DNA of 64,000 bases from an uncultured Aliarcobacter sp. Lineage in GTDB: Bacteria; Campylobacterota; Campylobacteria; Campylobacterales; Arcobacteraceae. The position numbers and the translations under genes are program-made. Below are positions 1 through 10,667 of the stretch, in pieces; the stretch's first letter is position 1, and the number at the start of each line of letters is the position of its first letter. The stretch lies in NCBI GenBank assembly GCA_963664305.2, contig CAXXLV010000001.1, positions 736,001 to 800,000 on the forward strand, in the 5' to 3' direction. Under the pieces are notes generated by a model that saw only the letters and a list, made by a program, of their open reading frames with translations, did no database searches and had not been told where the DNA came from.

Positions 1-811
1 CTTCACCTTTTACAGTTTGTGTTGGCATTGTATAAATCGAAGTTTTTGCCATGTTAAAAGGTGTTTGAATATATTTAAAGTTATGATTCTCTCCTCCAAC
101 TTTTATAGCTATTTCAACTAAATCTTCTAAATTGATATGTTCATTTGTACTTTTATCAATAAATCCATTCCAAACAGCAACACCATAAGATTTTATCATT
201 CCTTTAGTTACCATTTTTTCAAATCTTTTAAAGATTGTTTCGATTTTTTTTAACCAGTTTTTATATCCAAGTTTACTTATTTGTATTTCAGGATTATGTA
301 AAAAATAGATATCAAGTGTTTTTACACCAAGATTTTCTAAAGATTTTTGACATGACCACTCTAAATAATCAGGCGTCATACAGTGTTGATCTAGTTCTAT
401 ATCTTCAAGTTTTGCCAATGAAGTATTAATAATATTTTCTTCAATCCAAGCATAAGGATTTTCGGGAAATGGATAATCAAGTTGAATAAATCCACCTTTT
501 GAACATATTATTAACTCTTCTCTTTTTGTATCACCTTCTTCAAATAGTTCTTTTAAAGCAATACCAATCTCTTTTTCACTTTGTCCATATCTATAGTTAC
601 TTGCTGTATCTATAAGATTAATACCACTTTTAATAGCTTCTTTTACCCCAGCTATATAGTGAAATAGATAGTTTTCTTCTTTATAAGGTTCTTTATTAAA
701 AGTACCTAGTCCTAGTTTTGAAAATATCAAATTATTGTGTTTTACATAGAAATCTTTATAATGAGCAAATTTTTTTGCAAAATTGTAAGTATCATCAAAT
801 GTAGCAATCAT
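1..811 (-). CDS. Aldo/keto reductase (3' end runs off the window; absent from the ORF track)
   Basis: Manual translation from ATG 811: MIATFDDTYNFAKKF...SKLGLGTF...GINLIDTASNYRYGQSEKEIG; LGLGT and IDTAxxY are AKR motifs. Confidence 0.85.
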   Translation of the reverse strand, partial: MIATFDDTYNFAKKFAHYKDFYVKHNNLIFSKLGLGTFNKEPYKEENYLFHYIAGVKEAIKSGINLIDTASNYRYGQSEKEIGIALKELFEEGDTKREELIICSKGGFIQLDYPFPENPYAWIEENIINTSLAKLEDIELDQHCMTPDYLEWSCQKSLENLGVKTLDIYFLHNPEIQISKLGYKNWLKKIETIFKRFEKMVTKGMIKSYGVAVWNGFIDKSTNEHINLEDLVEIAIKVGGENHNFKYIQTPFNMAKTSIYTMPTQTVKGE

Positions 812-873
812 AATCAAAACTCTTTTTTATAAAATTAACCATTTTTACCTAGAAAATACTCTTACGAAGAAGA

Positions 874-895
874 AAAGGAGAATAAATTCTCCTTT
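874..895. terminator. Hairpin AAAGGAGAAT-AA-ATTCTCCTTT, intrinsic terminator-like
   Basis: Perfect inverted repeat followed by T-rich sequence on both strands; same GAGAATAAATTCTC core as the terminator at 51613-51640. Confidence 0.6.
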
Positions 896-929
896 ATCTT
901 TCTAAGTTTAAAGGGTGTACTTTCTTATA

Positions 930-945
930 TGCAATAAGTGTTCCA
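930..945 (-). promoter_or_regulatory. sigma54 -24/-12 promoter (TGGAACACTTATTGCA)
   Basis: GG-N10-GC; nearly identical to the nifH and nifX promoters. Confidence 0.85.
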
Positions 946-1025
946 TAAATTAAAAATGTTTAAATAAGTTCAGAAAAATAATTTTATTGCTATTGTTCTG
1001 ATAATATTAATAATAAAGATAAATA

Positions 1026-1062
1026 TTCGTTATTTAGGTAACTATATAAATATCGATATATA
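1026..1062. promoter_or_regulatory. ModE box (TTCGTTATTTA-N6-TATATAAATAT) plus adjacent half-site ATCGATATATA
   Basis: Resembles the ModE palindrome ATCGNTATATA-N6-TATATANCGAT; upstream of a molbindin gene. Confidence 0.7.
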
Positions 1063-1160
1063 TTTTTTATACAGTAAAATTATAAATTAATAACTAAATT
1101 AAGTAAAACCTTATGAATCAAAGCCTAGAATTAATTTAATTTAAAAAAAGGATTCGCAAA

Positions 1161-1574
1161 ATGAAAACAAGTGCAAGAAATGAGCTAACAGGAAAAATCA
1201 CAAATATTATTGAAGGTGCTGTAATGAGTGAAGTAAAAATTACAGTTTCTCCAGAAGTTACTATTAGTGCAACAGTTACAAAAGAAGGATTATATTCTTT
1301 AGGTGCAAAATTAAATGATAATATTACAGCTATCGTTAAAGCTTCATCAATAATTATTACAAAAGAAGCTGTTAAAACTACAGCTAGAAATGTATTAAAA
1401 GGAAAAGTAATAGAAGTTATAAAAGGTGCAGTTAATAGTGAAGTAAAATTATCTTTAGGAACAAATGTTATCTCAGCAATTGTAACAAACGATGCAATTG
1501 AAGACTTATCAATTAAAGTATCAGAAGATGCTTATGCAATTATTAAAGCTTCAAGTGTTCTTCTAATAGCTTAA
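1161..1574 (+). CDS. Di-mop (TOBE) molybdate-binding protein, ModG/Mop-like
   Basis: Two repeats S/TARN-x-L-x-G...GAVxSEVK...AIxKASS. Confidence 0.9.
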   Translation: MKTSARNELTGKITNIIEGAVMSEVKITVSPEVTISATVTKEGLYSLGAKLNDNITAIVKASSIIITKEAVKTTARNVLKGKVIEVIKGAVNSEVKLSLGTNVISAIVTNDAIEDLSIKVSEDAYAIIKASSVLLIA

Positions 1575-1600
1575 TAATATAGGGTTTCCCCTATATTATT
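1573..1600. terminator. Bidirectional terminator between convergent mop and modD
   Basis: AATAATATAGGG-TTTC-CCCTATATTATT, 12-bp stem. Confidence 0.7.
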
Positions 1601-2436
1601 TCTAATTTACTACTTATATTTGCCATTCCACAATTATAAACTGAACTAGTAACCACTCCATCGATTTTATATGAAGCATATTTTTCAATATTTGATAGAT
1701 TTATCCCGCCTGCCACTAAGATTTTTATAAATGGATAGTTTTTATTTTTATAATCTATAATTGTTTTTAGTTCATCAAAATCAATTTTATCAAGTTGAAT
1801 AACATCTACACCAATTTTCATTAGATTTACACAATCTTGTAAATTATCACTTTCAACATTTAGTTTTTTTTCTGGAATTTTCGTTTTTATTCTTTTTAAA
1901 TCTTCATAGAATTCTTCATTTGTTTTATATAAAATTCTATGTCCTTCAAAAAATAAAATTGTTTCAGATAGATTCAATCTATGGGGCATTGCTCCTCCAC
2001 AAATAGCTGCTTTTATACAAAATCTTTTTGAAAATGGAAAAGTTTTTCTAGTAGTTAAAAGTTCACAAGTTGGATTTATCTTTTTTATTTTTTCATGCAT
2101 TTCGTAAGCATAAGTGGAAATCTTACAACTATATTCTAAAAGGATTTGTGTCAATCTCCAAGCTTTGTGAATATTCTCATAAGTTCCAGAGTATTTTATG
2201 ATAGTTGAGCCTTTTTCAAGTTTTGTTTTACTTTTTTCAAAGAATTCAACTTTACAATCTAAAAGCTCAGCAATTTTTGCAGCTTCTTCACTACAAGATA
2301 CAATAATATCCTCTCTTGTATAAACTTCAATTTGGGCAAATACATCATTACAATTTTGTAAACTTGTAGTTAAATCAAAGTATGGTAAATCATCTTGAAT
2401 ATATTTTTCTAACTCAGAAATTGATAAATTAAACAT
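1591..2436 (-). CDS. modD: ModD (NadC/QPRTase-like)
   Basis: DDLPYFDLTT, TTRKTFP, HRLNLSETIL, QLDK motifs; follows modC; start moved to ATG 2436 (SD AAGGA). Confidence 0.85.
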   Translation of the reverse strand: MFNLSISELEKYIQDDLPYFDLTTSLQNCNDVFAQIEVYTREDIIVSCSEEAAKIAELLDCKVEFFEKSKTKLEKGSTIIKYSGTYENIHKAWRLTQILLEYSCKISTYAYEMHEKIKKINPTCELLTTRKTFPFSKRFCIKAAICGGAMPHRLNLSETILFFEGHRILYKTNEEFYEDLKRIKTKIPEKKLNVESDNLQDCVNLMKIGVDVIQLDKIDFDELKTIIDYKNKNYPFIKILVAGGINLSNIEKYASYKIDGVVTSSVYNCGMANISSKLEII

Positions 2437-2449
2437 TTTTTTCCTTTTA

Positions 2450-3298
2450 TTAGATGATTGAAGGAGCAAATGCTTTTGTACTTACATTTACACTTTGACC
2501 AATTTTTAGATTTGATGCTTCATCTTTTCCAATTACAATTTCAACAAGTTGTTGACCAATTGAAACAATTGCAACATGAATTACATCTATTTTGATGATA
2601 TCAAGAAGTTCTCCTTCAAAAGAGAATTTTTGACTACCTTTAGTTTTTAATAAAACATCTTTTGGAAGACCATCATTTATGATTTTTCCTTGATTTAAGA
2701 CTACAACTCTTGAGGCTAATCTATACATTTCACTTGGGTCATGACTTACCATTATTGTAGTAGTGTCAAACTCTTTATGTAAAGTTAAAATCTCATTTTG
2801 AAGTTTTGTTCTCATGCTTGGGTCTAAAGCAGATAATGGTTCATCCATCAATAAAAGTTTAGGTCTATTCATCAAAGCTCTACATAAACTAATTCTTTGT
2901 TTTTGACCACCACTTAATGTTGATGGATATCTATTTCTTAACTCTTCCATTTCAGTTATTTGAAGAAGTTTATTGGCTAATTCTTTATCTTTTTTTACAT
3001 ATAAAAGATTTTCCATTACAGAAAAATTTGGGAAAAGTGCATAATCTTGGAAAACAAAACCTATCTCTCTTTTTTGAGGAGCTAAACAAAATTTATTATC
3101 AAGCCAAGTTTCATTTGCAATTTTTAGAGTTCCATTTGCAGTTTCTAATCCAGCTAAAATCCGTAAAAGTGTAGTTTTACCACTTCCACTAAATCCAGAA
3201 AGTGCTATAAATTCTCCTTTATTTATATGCAAATCAATATCTAAATTCATCTCTCCATTTGAACCATGAAGCAATTTATTTATATTTATCTCAATCAT
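2450..3298 (-). CDS. modC: Molybdate ABC transporter ATPase with C-terminal TOBE
   Basis: Walker A GFSGSGKT, LSGGQ, LLMDEP; mod operon context. Confidence 0.9.
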   Translation of the reverse strand: MIEININKLLHGSNGEMNLDIDLHINKGEFIALSGFSGSGKTTLLRILAGLETANGTLKIANETWLDNKFCLAPQKREIGFVFQDYALFPNFSVMENLLYVKKDKELANKLLQITEMEELRNRYPSTLSGGQKQRISLCRALMNRPKLLLMDEPLSALDPSMRTKLQNEILTLHKEFDTTTIMVSHDPSEMYRLASRVVVLNQGKIINDGLPKDVLLKTKGSQKFSFEGELLDIIKIDVIHVAIVSIGQQLVEIVIGKDEASNLKIGQSVNVSTKAFAPSII

Positions 3299-3993
3299 CT
3301 ATCTAAACCTGTTAATTTTTTTTGTTTTCCATTAAATATATAAACACCAAGAAGAGTAAGGAAACTCAAAATTATCATTATTACACTGTAAATATGTGCA
3401 TTTGTATAATCCATAATTTCAACAAATTCATATATTGCAACTGATGCAACTTTTGTCTCTCCTGGAATACTTCCTCCAACCATTAAAACAACACCAAACT
3501 CTCCTACAGTATGCGCGAAAGTTACTATAATAGCAGTTATTAGTGAAGGTTTCATATTTGGTAAAGCAATTCTAAAAAGTGTTTCTATTCTACTTTTTCC
3601 ACTTATGTAACTAGCTTCAAGCATATTTTTATTTAGACTTTCCAATCCACTTTGCATAGGTTGTACCATAAAGGGTAAACTATAAAAACAGCTAGCTATG
3701 ATTAATCCATAAAAATTAAATACTAGTTTTATCCCAAAATATTCTTCAAAAAATGCACCAATTGGTGAATTATAAGATAAAGCCCAAAGAATATAAAAAC
3801 CCAAAACAGATGGAGGCAAAACCAATGGCAAAGCAGTAATTGCTTCTAGTAAAGGTTTAATTTTTGATTTTGTTTGAGATAGATACCATGCAAGAGGTAA
3901 ACTAATAAAAAACAAAATTAGTGTAGTTATACCTGCAAGTTTAAATGAGATAAAAAATGGTTCAAACTCTATCTCTTTTAACAAATCAATCAT
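3295..3993 (-). CDS. modB: Molybdate ABC permease
   Basis: LPLVLPPSVLG, FAHTVGEFGVVLMVGG motifs. Confidence 0.95.
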   Translation of the reverse strand: MIDLLKEIEFEPFFISFKLAGITTLILFFISLPLAWYLSQTKSKIKPLLEAITALPLVLPPSVLGFYILWALSYNSPIGAFFEEYFGIKLVFNFYGLIIASCFYSLPFMVQPMQSGLESLNKNMLEASYISGKSRIETLFRIALPNMKPSLITAIIVTFAHTVGEFGVVLMVGGSIPGETKVASVAIYEFVEIMDYTNAHIYSVIMIILSFLTLLGVYIFNGKQKKLTGLDR

Positions 3994-4387
3994 TTAAAAT
4001 CTCCTCAATAGATAAATTACTAGCTTTTATTAGAGCTTTTACTTCATCACCTTTTTGTAGATTCATTCTTTTAGATGAATCTACAGTAATAATACTTTCA
4101 AAATAAACATCATCAATTTTTAAAATAATGCTACTTAAAAGTTCTCCATTTTCAATATTATCAATCGTTACAACAAGTTGATTAGATAAACTTATTTCAC
4201 CAAACAAATCTTTTGCGATGATTATATTTGTTGGTTTAACAGATAATTTAACTTTTTTACCGATTTGAACATCTTTACTTAAATCTAAACTCATCATTTT
4301 TAAAGTGAATTTAGAAAAAGAAAACTCTACGATATTTAAACTATCTACAGTTTGTATCTTTTTTATTGTTGCGACAAATTGGCTCAT
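3986..4387 (-). CDS. TOBE-domain protein of the mod operon
   Basis: SLSNQL...ESIITVDSSKRMNL...ALIKASN mop-type repeat. Confidence 0.8.
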   Translation of the reverse strand: MSQFVATIKKIQTVDSLNIVEFSFSKFTLKMMSLDLSKDVQIGKKVKLSVKPTNIIIAKDLFGEISLSNQLVVTIDNIENGELLSSIILKIDDVYFESIITVDSSKRMNLQKGDEVKALIKASNLSIEEILND

Positions 4388-5130
4388 TTTACAATATATC
4401 CATATTTAATAAATATCTCTTTTGCTTTATCACTTAAAATAAAGTCATAAAATGCTTTTACTTCTGCATTATCTTTGGCATTGTTTATGATAACAATTCC
4501 TTGTTCAATTGGTGTGTACAATTTTGGATCAACACTTGCCCAGTTAACATTTTCTTTATATTTTGACAATTTTTCATCATATAAAGATGATTTTGCAATA
4601 AATCCAACATCTGTTGCAGTTGTTGCATAAGTTACAACTTGAGAAATTGATTCAGCATATACAAATTTATTTTTAGTTGCTTCTTCTAATCCTGCATTTT
4701 TTAATGCTTCAACAGCTGCTGTTCCATATGGTGCAGTTTTAGGATTTGCAATTGCAATTTTTGAAATCGAACTATCTTTTACAAGATTTATTCCTTTAGA
4801 GAAATCTAACTCTTTTGAACTTAGCATAGCAATTGCACCTTGTGCATAAACAACTGGTTTAGTAATAGCAATTTGTTCTTCATATAAAGATTCAGGAAAT
4901 TTCATATTTGCTGCCATAAAGATATTGAATGGAGCACCATTTTTGATTTGTGCAGTTAATTTTCCACTACTACCAAGAGTTACTTGTATTTGTGTATTTG
5001 GATTAGTTTTATTAAACTCACTAATTAATACATCTATTGCATAACTAACATTTGCAGCTACTGCAATATTAACTTGACCAGCAAAAATGCTAGAACATAA
5101 AAATACTAAACCTAAAATTACTTTTTTCAT
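4384..5130 (-). CDS. modA: Molybdate-binding periplasmic protein
   Basis: Signal peptide; AVAAN, GSSGKL, ANPKTAPYG motifs. Confidence 0.95.
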   Translation of the reverse strand: MKKVILGLVFLCSSIFAGQVNIAVAANVSYAIDVLISEFNKTNPNTQIQVTLGSSGKLTAQIKNGAPFNIFMAANMKFPESLYEEQIAITKPVVYAQGAIAMLSSKELDFSKGINLVKDSSISKIAIANPKTAPYGTAAVEALKNAGLEEATKNKFVYAESISQVVTYATTATDVGFIAKSSLYDEKLSKYKENVNWASVDPKLYTPIEQGIVIINNAKDNAEVKAFYDFILSDKAKEIFIKYGYIVK

Positions 5131-5140
5131 CTTTTTCTCC

Positions 5141-5923
5141 TTATTTCCCTATCATAATATCTGAGGCTTTTATAATTGCACTCAAATTTGTACCAGTTTT
5201 AAGATTTAATCTATTTACAGAACTTGTTGTAATGATTGAAGCGATTTTATCTCCATTTCCAATATCAATTACTATCTCTGAATTTATCTCACCTTGGTGG
5301 ACATTATCAATAACACCTTGGAATTTGTTTCTTGCACTAATATTTAAAGTAATATCTGTTGTTAATAAAACATTACTTGATTTGAATATTGCAACAACTT
5401 CATCTTTTGGTTTTAAGTCAAGATTTTTAACAGCTGTATTTGTAATTACAGAAACAAGGGTATAACCACTTTTTAGTTTAATAAACACTTCTGCATTTAC
5501 TTTTCCATGTTCTATTAATTCTATAATCCCACTTATTTGATTTCTTGCACTTAGTTGCATTGATAATCTCCTTATTGCCTTTAAAGTTCCAGTATTTATA
5601 TCAGTCATTCTATTTAGATTTTCAAGAAACTTTTTTTGTTCCTCTTTTAATAGATGGTAAGTATTCAGAAGATTTTCTCCATACGTTGTAAGAGTAGTTC
5701 CTCCTCCTCCAACTCCACCTGTTTCCCTTTGTACAATTGGACTTACTGATAAATTATTCATAGCTTCTACTGCTTCCCAGGCTGCTTTATAACTCATTGG
5801 GACCACTTTTGCAGCCTTACTAATTGAACCAGTTTTTTGTATTGCCATTAATAAATCTATTCTTTTTTCCAGTAAAAAAGGTTGATTAAAAATCTCTAAT
5901 GTCAAATTTGATGATATTTCCAC
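5141..5923 (-). CDS. modE: Molybdate-responsive regulator (wHTH + two mop domains)
   Basis: GSISKAAK..MSYKAAW HTH, GGVGGGG, two SARN repeats. Confidence 0.95.
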   Translation of the reverse strand: MEISSNLTLEIFNQPFLLEKRIDLLMAIQKTGSISKAAKVVPMSYKAAWEAVEAMNNLSVSPIVQRETGGVGGGGTTLTTYGENLLNTYHLLKEEQKKFLENLNRMTDINTGTLKAIRRLSMQLSARNQISGIIELIEHGKVNAEVFIKLKSGYTLVSVITNTAVKNLDLKPKDEVVAIFKSSNVLLTTDITLNISARNKFQGVIDNVHQGEINSEIVIDIGNGDKIASIITTSSVNRLNLKTGTNLSAIIKASDIMIGK

Positions 5924-5933
5924 ATGAATCCTT

Positions 5934-6004
5934 TCGGCTATATTTTTTAGTATATAACGATAATTAAAAAAATTTTATCATTATGTAACTTAATACATAA
6001 CGAT
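5934..6004. promoter_or_regulatory. Two tandem ModE boxes (5934-5961, 5977-6004)
   Basis: TCGGCTATATT-N6-TATATAACGAT and ATCATTATGTA-N6-TACATAACGAT directly upstream of modE. Confidence 0.85.
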
Positions 6005-6012
6005 AAATTAAA

Positions 6013-6041
6013 AAAAACTAGAAGTAAAACTTCTAGTTTTT
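6013..6041 (-). terminator. nifHDK terminator
   Basis: AAAAACTAGAAGT-AAA-ACTTCTAGTTTTT just after the nifK stop. Confidence 0.85.
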
Positions 6042-6045
6042 AAAA

Positions 6046-7590
6046 TTATCTTACTGAATCGAAGAAATAATCTGTTTCAGCAATATTTTTTGTCTCTTCA
6101 TCTAAGTGATCTAAAATACTATTTGTAATCCATGTTAATAGATTGATACCACCTTCATATCCACTAATTGAATATCTATGTAAGTGATGTCTATCAAAGA
6201 TAGGGAATCCTATTCTAATTAATGGGATTTTTGTATCTCTATATAATTCTTTTCCGTAAACATTTCCAATCATAAAATCTACAGGCTCAGTAAATAGTAA
6301 GCTTCTTAAATGCCATAAATCTTTTCCTGCCCAGATATTGCACTCTGCTGCTCTTGGAGATTTAGATAAGATTTCTTTCATATCTTCTTCCCAACCTTTT
6401 CTTGGCGCATTGTGGCAAAGAATATGAGTTGGAATTGCTCCCATTTCAACTAAGAATGAAACCATTCCTAATAAGAAGTCAGGATCTCCCCAGATAGCAA
6501 ATTTTTTGCTGTGCATATATGGATATGAATCTTGCATTGCATCTACTAATCTTGCTCTTTGTTGTTTTAACTCTTCAGGTACTTCTTTACCAGTTAATTC
6601 AGCAAGTTTCATAACGAATCCATCAGTTCCACTTAAACCAATTGGATTACAAACTTCATATTTTTGTTTCCATTTATTTTTAATTGTTTTAGCTGTTAAA
6701 ATAGTTGAATATTTTTGTAAGCTAATTGTTGCAGCTGCATTAATTGCAGTTTTTGCATCAGCAATTTTAGTTCCACCAGCATAAAGTGTATATTCACCAG
6801 CACCAGTATCCCATTGCTCTTCATGGTCACCAATCATAATGATTTTGTCACCAAACATTTTAGAGATTTTTTTAATCTCTTTTAATGAACCTAAATATGG
6901 TTCAAATCCAGGGATTATGTTGATTCTCTCTGCATCAACAGATTTTGTAACACCTTCAGATAATTGCTCTAAAGTAGATTTCATCATATTATCATAACCA
7001 GTAATATGAGATCCTACGAAAGATGGAGTATGTGCATGAGGAATTAAGATATTATCTAATTCACCTTCAGCTTCTTCTCTTGCACCAATAATAAATGCAT
7101 TTAAGTCATCCCCAATTACCTCTGCCATACAAGTAGTAGATACAGCAATCATTTCAGGTTTATATAAAGCATTACAGTTTCTTAAACCATCTTTCATGTT
7201 AGCTAATCCACCAAATACCGCTGCTGATTCAGACATAGAGTCAGAAACACAAGGAGTTGGTTCTTTAAAGTGTCTTGTAAAGTATGATCTAAAATACGCA
7301 ACACAACCATGAGATCCATGAACGTAAGGCATAGTATTTTCAAATCCTAAAGCTACCATAACAGCACCTAAAGGTTGACAAGCTTTAGCTGGATTAACAG
7401 TGATTGCTTCTCTAGCTAAGTTCTTTTCTCTATAATCCCAAGATTCAGTCCATTTTTGAACTTCAGCAACTCTTTCAGGTGATGTTGCACCAGCCGCACT
7501 TTCAAATTGTTTTTTGTTTTTTAAAACTTCTTGATATTCTGGTTTTAAAAATAGTTTTTGTCCATTTACAATGTTTTCAACGTCTTGCAT
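6046..7590 (-). CDS. nifK: Nitrogenase MoFe protein beta subunit
   Basis: NPAKACQPLGA, GCVAYFRS..RHFKEP, TTCMAEVIGDD, TPSFVGSH. Confidence 0.98.
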   Translation of the reverse strand: MQDVENIVNGQKLFLKPEYQEVLKNKKQFESAAGATSPERVAEVQKWTESWDYREKNLAREAITVNPAKACQPLGAVMVALGFENTMPYVHGSHGCVAYFRSYFTRHFKEPTPCVSDSMSESAAVFGGLANMKDGLRNCNALYKPEMIAVSTTCMAEVIGDDLNAFIIGAREEAEGELDNILIPHAHTPSFVGSHITGYDNMMKSTLEQLSEGVTKSVDAERINIIPGFEPYLGSLKEIKKISKMFGDKIIMIGDHEEQWDTGAGEYTLYAGGTKIADAKTAINAAATISLQKYSTILTAKTIKNKWKQKYEVCNPIGLSGTDGFVMKLAELTGKEVPEELKQQRARLVDAMQDSYPYMHSKKFAIWGDPDFLLGMVSFLVEMGAIPTHILCHNAPRKGWEEDMKEILSKSPRAAECNIWAGKDLWHLRSLLFTEPVDFMIGNVYGKELYRDTKIPLIRIGFPIFDRHHLHRYSISGYEGGINLLTWITNSILDHLDEETKNIAETDYFFDSVR

Positions 7591-7600
7591 AGCCTTCTCC

Positions 7601-9058
7601 TTACGCTTCTTTTTCCCATGGAGCTTTTGTGTGGTTCCATACTGGTGAGTTAATTGCTAAATCCATGTCTCTAGCGAAAATTGCGAATGCATCATAACCA
7701 TGATATGGTCCTGAATAATCCCAAGAGTGCATTTGTCTAAATGGTAATCCCATTTTTTGGAATACATATTTCTCTTTTACCCCTGCTGCTACTAAGTCAG
7801 GTCTTAATTTTTTAACGAAAGCTTCTAATTCATACTCATTTGCATCATCGTAAATAAGTGTAGATCTTTCGATTTCGTCTTTAGTTCTTTTATAATCATC
7901 ACCGTGAGCGAACTCATAACCAGTTCCAATTACTTCCATTCCTAAATCTTCATAAGCTCCAATAACGTGTCTTGGTCTTAATCCACCAACATAAAGCATA
8001 ACTTTTTTACCTTCTAACATTGGTCTGTATTTTGCAATAACAGCATCAGTCATAGCAGTATATTTAGCGATAACAGCTTCAGTTTTTTCTTGAACTGTTT
8101 CATCAAAGAATGAAGCAATTTTTCTTAAAGACTCAGTTGTTTTTGAAGGTCCAAAGAAATTATATTCCATCCAAGGAATGTTGAATTCTTGTTCCATATG
8201 TCTTGCGATATAGTTCATAGATCTATAGCAATGTAATAAGTTTAATTTTGCTTTTGGTGCGATTGCTAACTCTTTATAAGTAGCATCTCCAGACCATTGA
8301 GCAATTACTCTTAATCCCATTTCTTCTAATATAATTCTTGTTGACCAAGCATCTCCACCGATGTTATAATCTCCAATAATTGATACATCATAAGGAGTTG
8401 ATTCGAAATCTTTTTTATAAGAGTTATCAGGCATGATATAATCTCTAATCATATCGTTTGCAATGTGGTGACCAAGTGATTGAGAAACCCCTCTAAATCC
8501 TTCACATGAAACAGCTATAGTTTGAGTTCCTGACTCTTTTTTGTATGATTTTGCAACAGCATGAATATCATCTCCGATTAATCCAATTGGACACTCAGAT
8601 TGAATTGAAATACCATTATTTAATGGGAATAATTCATCAATTTCTGCTAATGCTTTTTTAAGTTTTTTATCCCCACCAAATACGATATCTTTCTCATTAA
8701 AATCTGTAGAGAAGTTCATAGTAACAAATGTATCAATACCAGTTGTTCCAATATAATAATTTCTTCTACCACCTCTTGAGTATTGTCCACACCCAATTGG
8801 TCCATGAGAGATATGAATCATATCTTTGATTGGTCCCCAAACAACCCCTTTTGAACCTGCATATGCACAACCTCTTTGTGACATAACACCTGGAACAGTT
8901 TGTTTGTTACTTTTTGTTGTATCACAAGAACCTTTTGAAGTTTCTGGTGAATCAATACCTAAATGTTTTGCTCTACTTTTTCTTACTTTCTCAGGATATG
9001 ATTCAAGTACTTCAGCAAGAGCTTCTTTTTGTAGACTTTCTAATGTTTCTGGTCCCAT
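7601..9058 (-). CDS. nifD: Nitrogenase MoFe protein alpha subunit
   Basis: [46 protein letters not shown]. Confidence 0.98.
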   Translation of the reverse strand: MGPETLESLQKEALAEVLESYPEKVRKSRAKHLGIDSPETSKGSCDTTKSNKQTVPGVMSQRGCAYAGSKGVVWGPIKDMIHISHGPIGCGQYSRGGRRNYYIGTTGIDTFVTMNFSTDFNEKDIVFGGDKKLKKALAEIDELFPLNNGISIQSECPIGLIGDDIHAVAKSYKKESGTQTIAVSCEGFRGVSQSLGHHIANDMIRDYIMPDNSYKKDFESTPYDVSIIGDYNIGGDAWSTRIILEEMGLRVIAQWSGDATYKELAIAPKAKLNLLHCYRSMNYIARHMEQEFNIPWMEYNFFGPSKTTESLRKIASFFDETVQEKTEAVIAKYTAMTDAVIAKYRPMLEGKKVMLYVGGLRPRHVIGAYEDLGMEVIGTGYEFAHGDDYKRTKDEIERSTLIYDDANEYELEAFVKKLRPDLVAAGVKEKYVFQKMGLPFRQMHSWDYSGPYHGYDAFAIFARDMDLAINSPVWNHTKAPWEKEA

Positions 9059-9091
9059 AGTTTTCTCCTCTTTATGTAAGAGTTAAGTAGC

Positions 9092-9451
9092 TTACGCTAC
9101 TTTTACTCTGTATAGATTCATGTCATCTAATTTTTTACAAATATCTTTAGTTGAATCACCATCTACGCTTTTTGAAATTTCAGAAATTTGGTATTTATTT
9201 GTGTAATAAATCATTTTGAAATCATCTTTAGGTGCACATTCTGTGTTTGTATAATAATCAACTAATGCTGTGTGTAAAAAAGTACCAGCTGGCACAGAAA
9301 GTTCTTCTAATTTAACACCTTCTCTTGTTTCACTTGTTAAAGTTACAGTTTTCCCTGAAGCATCAATTCCTTCATTAACTTTTTCAATTACTTTGTCAAA
9401 ACTAACATTATTTCCTTCACTCGCTGGGAAGTGGTATCCACATATAAACAT
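9092..9451 (-). CDS. Unknown 119-aa protein inside the nifH-nifD-nifK operon
   Basis: Strong SD (AAGGAGA), no terminator on either side, no family recognised. Confidence 0.85.
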   Translation of the reverse strand: MFICGYHFPASEGNNVSFDKVIEKVNEGIDASGKTVTLTSETREGVKLEELSVPAGTFLHTALVDYYTNTECAPKDDFKMIYYTNKYQISEISKSVDGDSTKDICKKLDDMNLYRVKVA

Positions 9452-9495
9452 GATTTTCTCCTTACTACTATTTTTTATTTATTTTTTTAATTTAA

Positions 9496-10479
<984 letters not shown>

Positions 10480-10667
10480 TCAAAAAAAAATTTATTTTTT
10501 TTCAAAAGCCCTTAAAATAGGCACTAATTTAATAAAATAAATTTTGCAATTTATTTTTAGGAGATTTTTTATCCTATTTTATTTAAGTAAATTTTGTAAG
10601 TTTTTGAAAAAAATATAGTTTCAAAAATGTATAATTTGGAATACGGATAAAAAAGGATTAATAAAAA

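Noticed and set aside
235..429. 64-aa plus-strand ORF, and the many other short antisense ORFs in the track (e.g. 2917, 5232, 6506, 8826, 9270, 22235, 38698, 63382)
   Set aside because: They lie opposite or inside well-supported genes and have no SD or recognisable motifs; shadow ORFs
9092..9451. Calling this ORF nifI/PII or an anfG/vnfG delta subunit
   Set aside because: No PII motifs; delta-subunit genes lie between D and K, and NifDK here are Mo-type with nifEN, nifQ and mod genes
10595..10643. NifA UAS candidates TGT-N10-AAA and TGT-N10-ATA upstream of nifH
   Set aside because: One mismatch each in very AT-rich DNA; the second overlaps the likely TATAAT of the divergent gene
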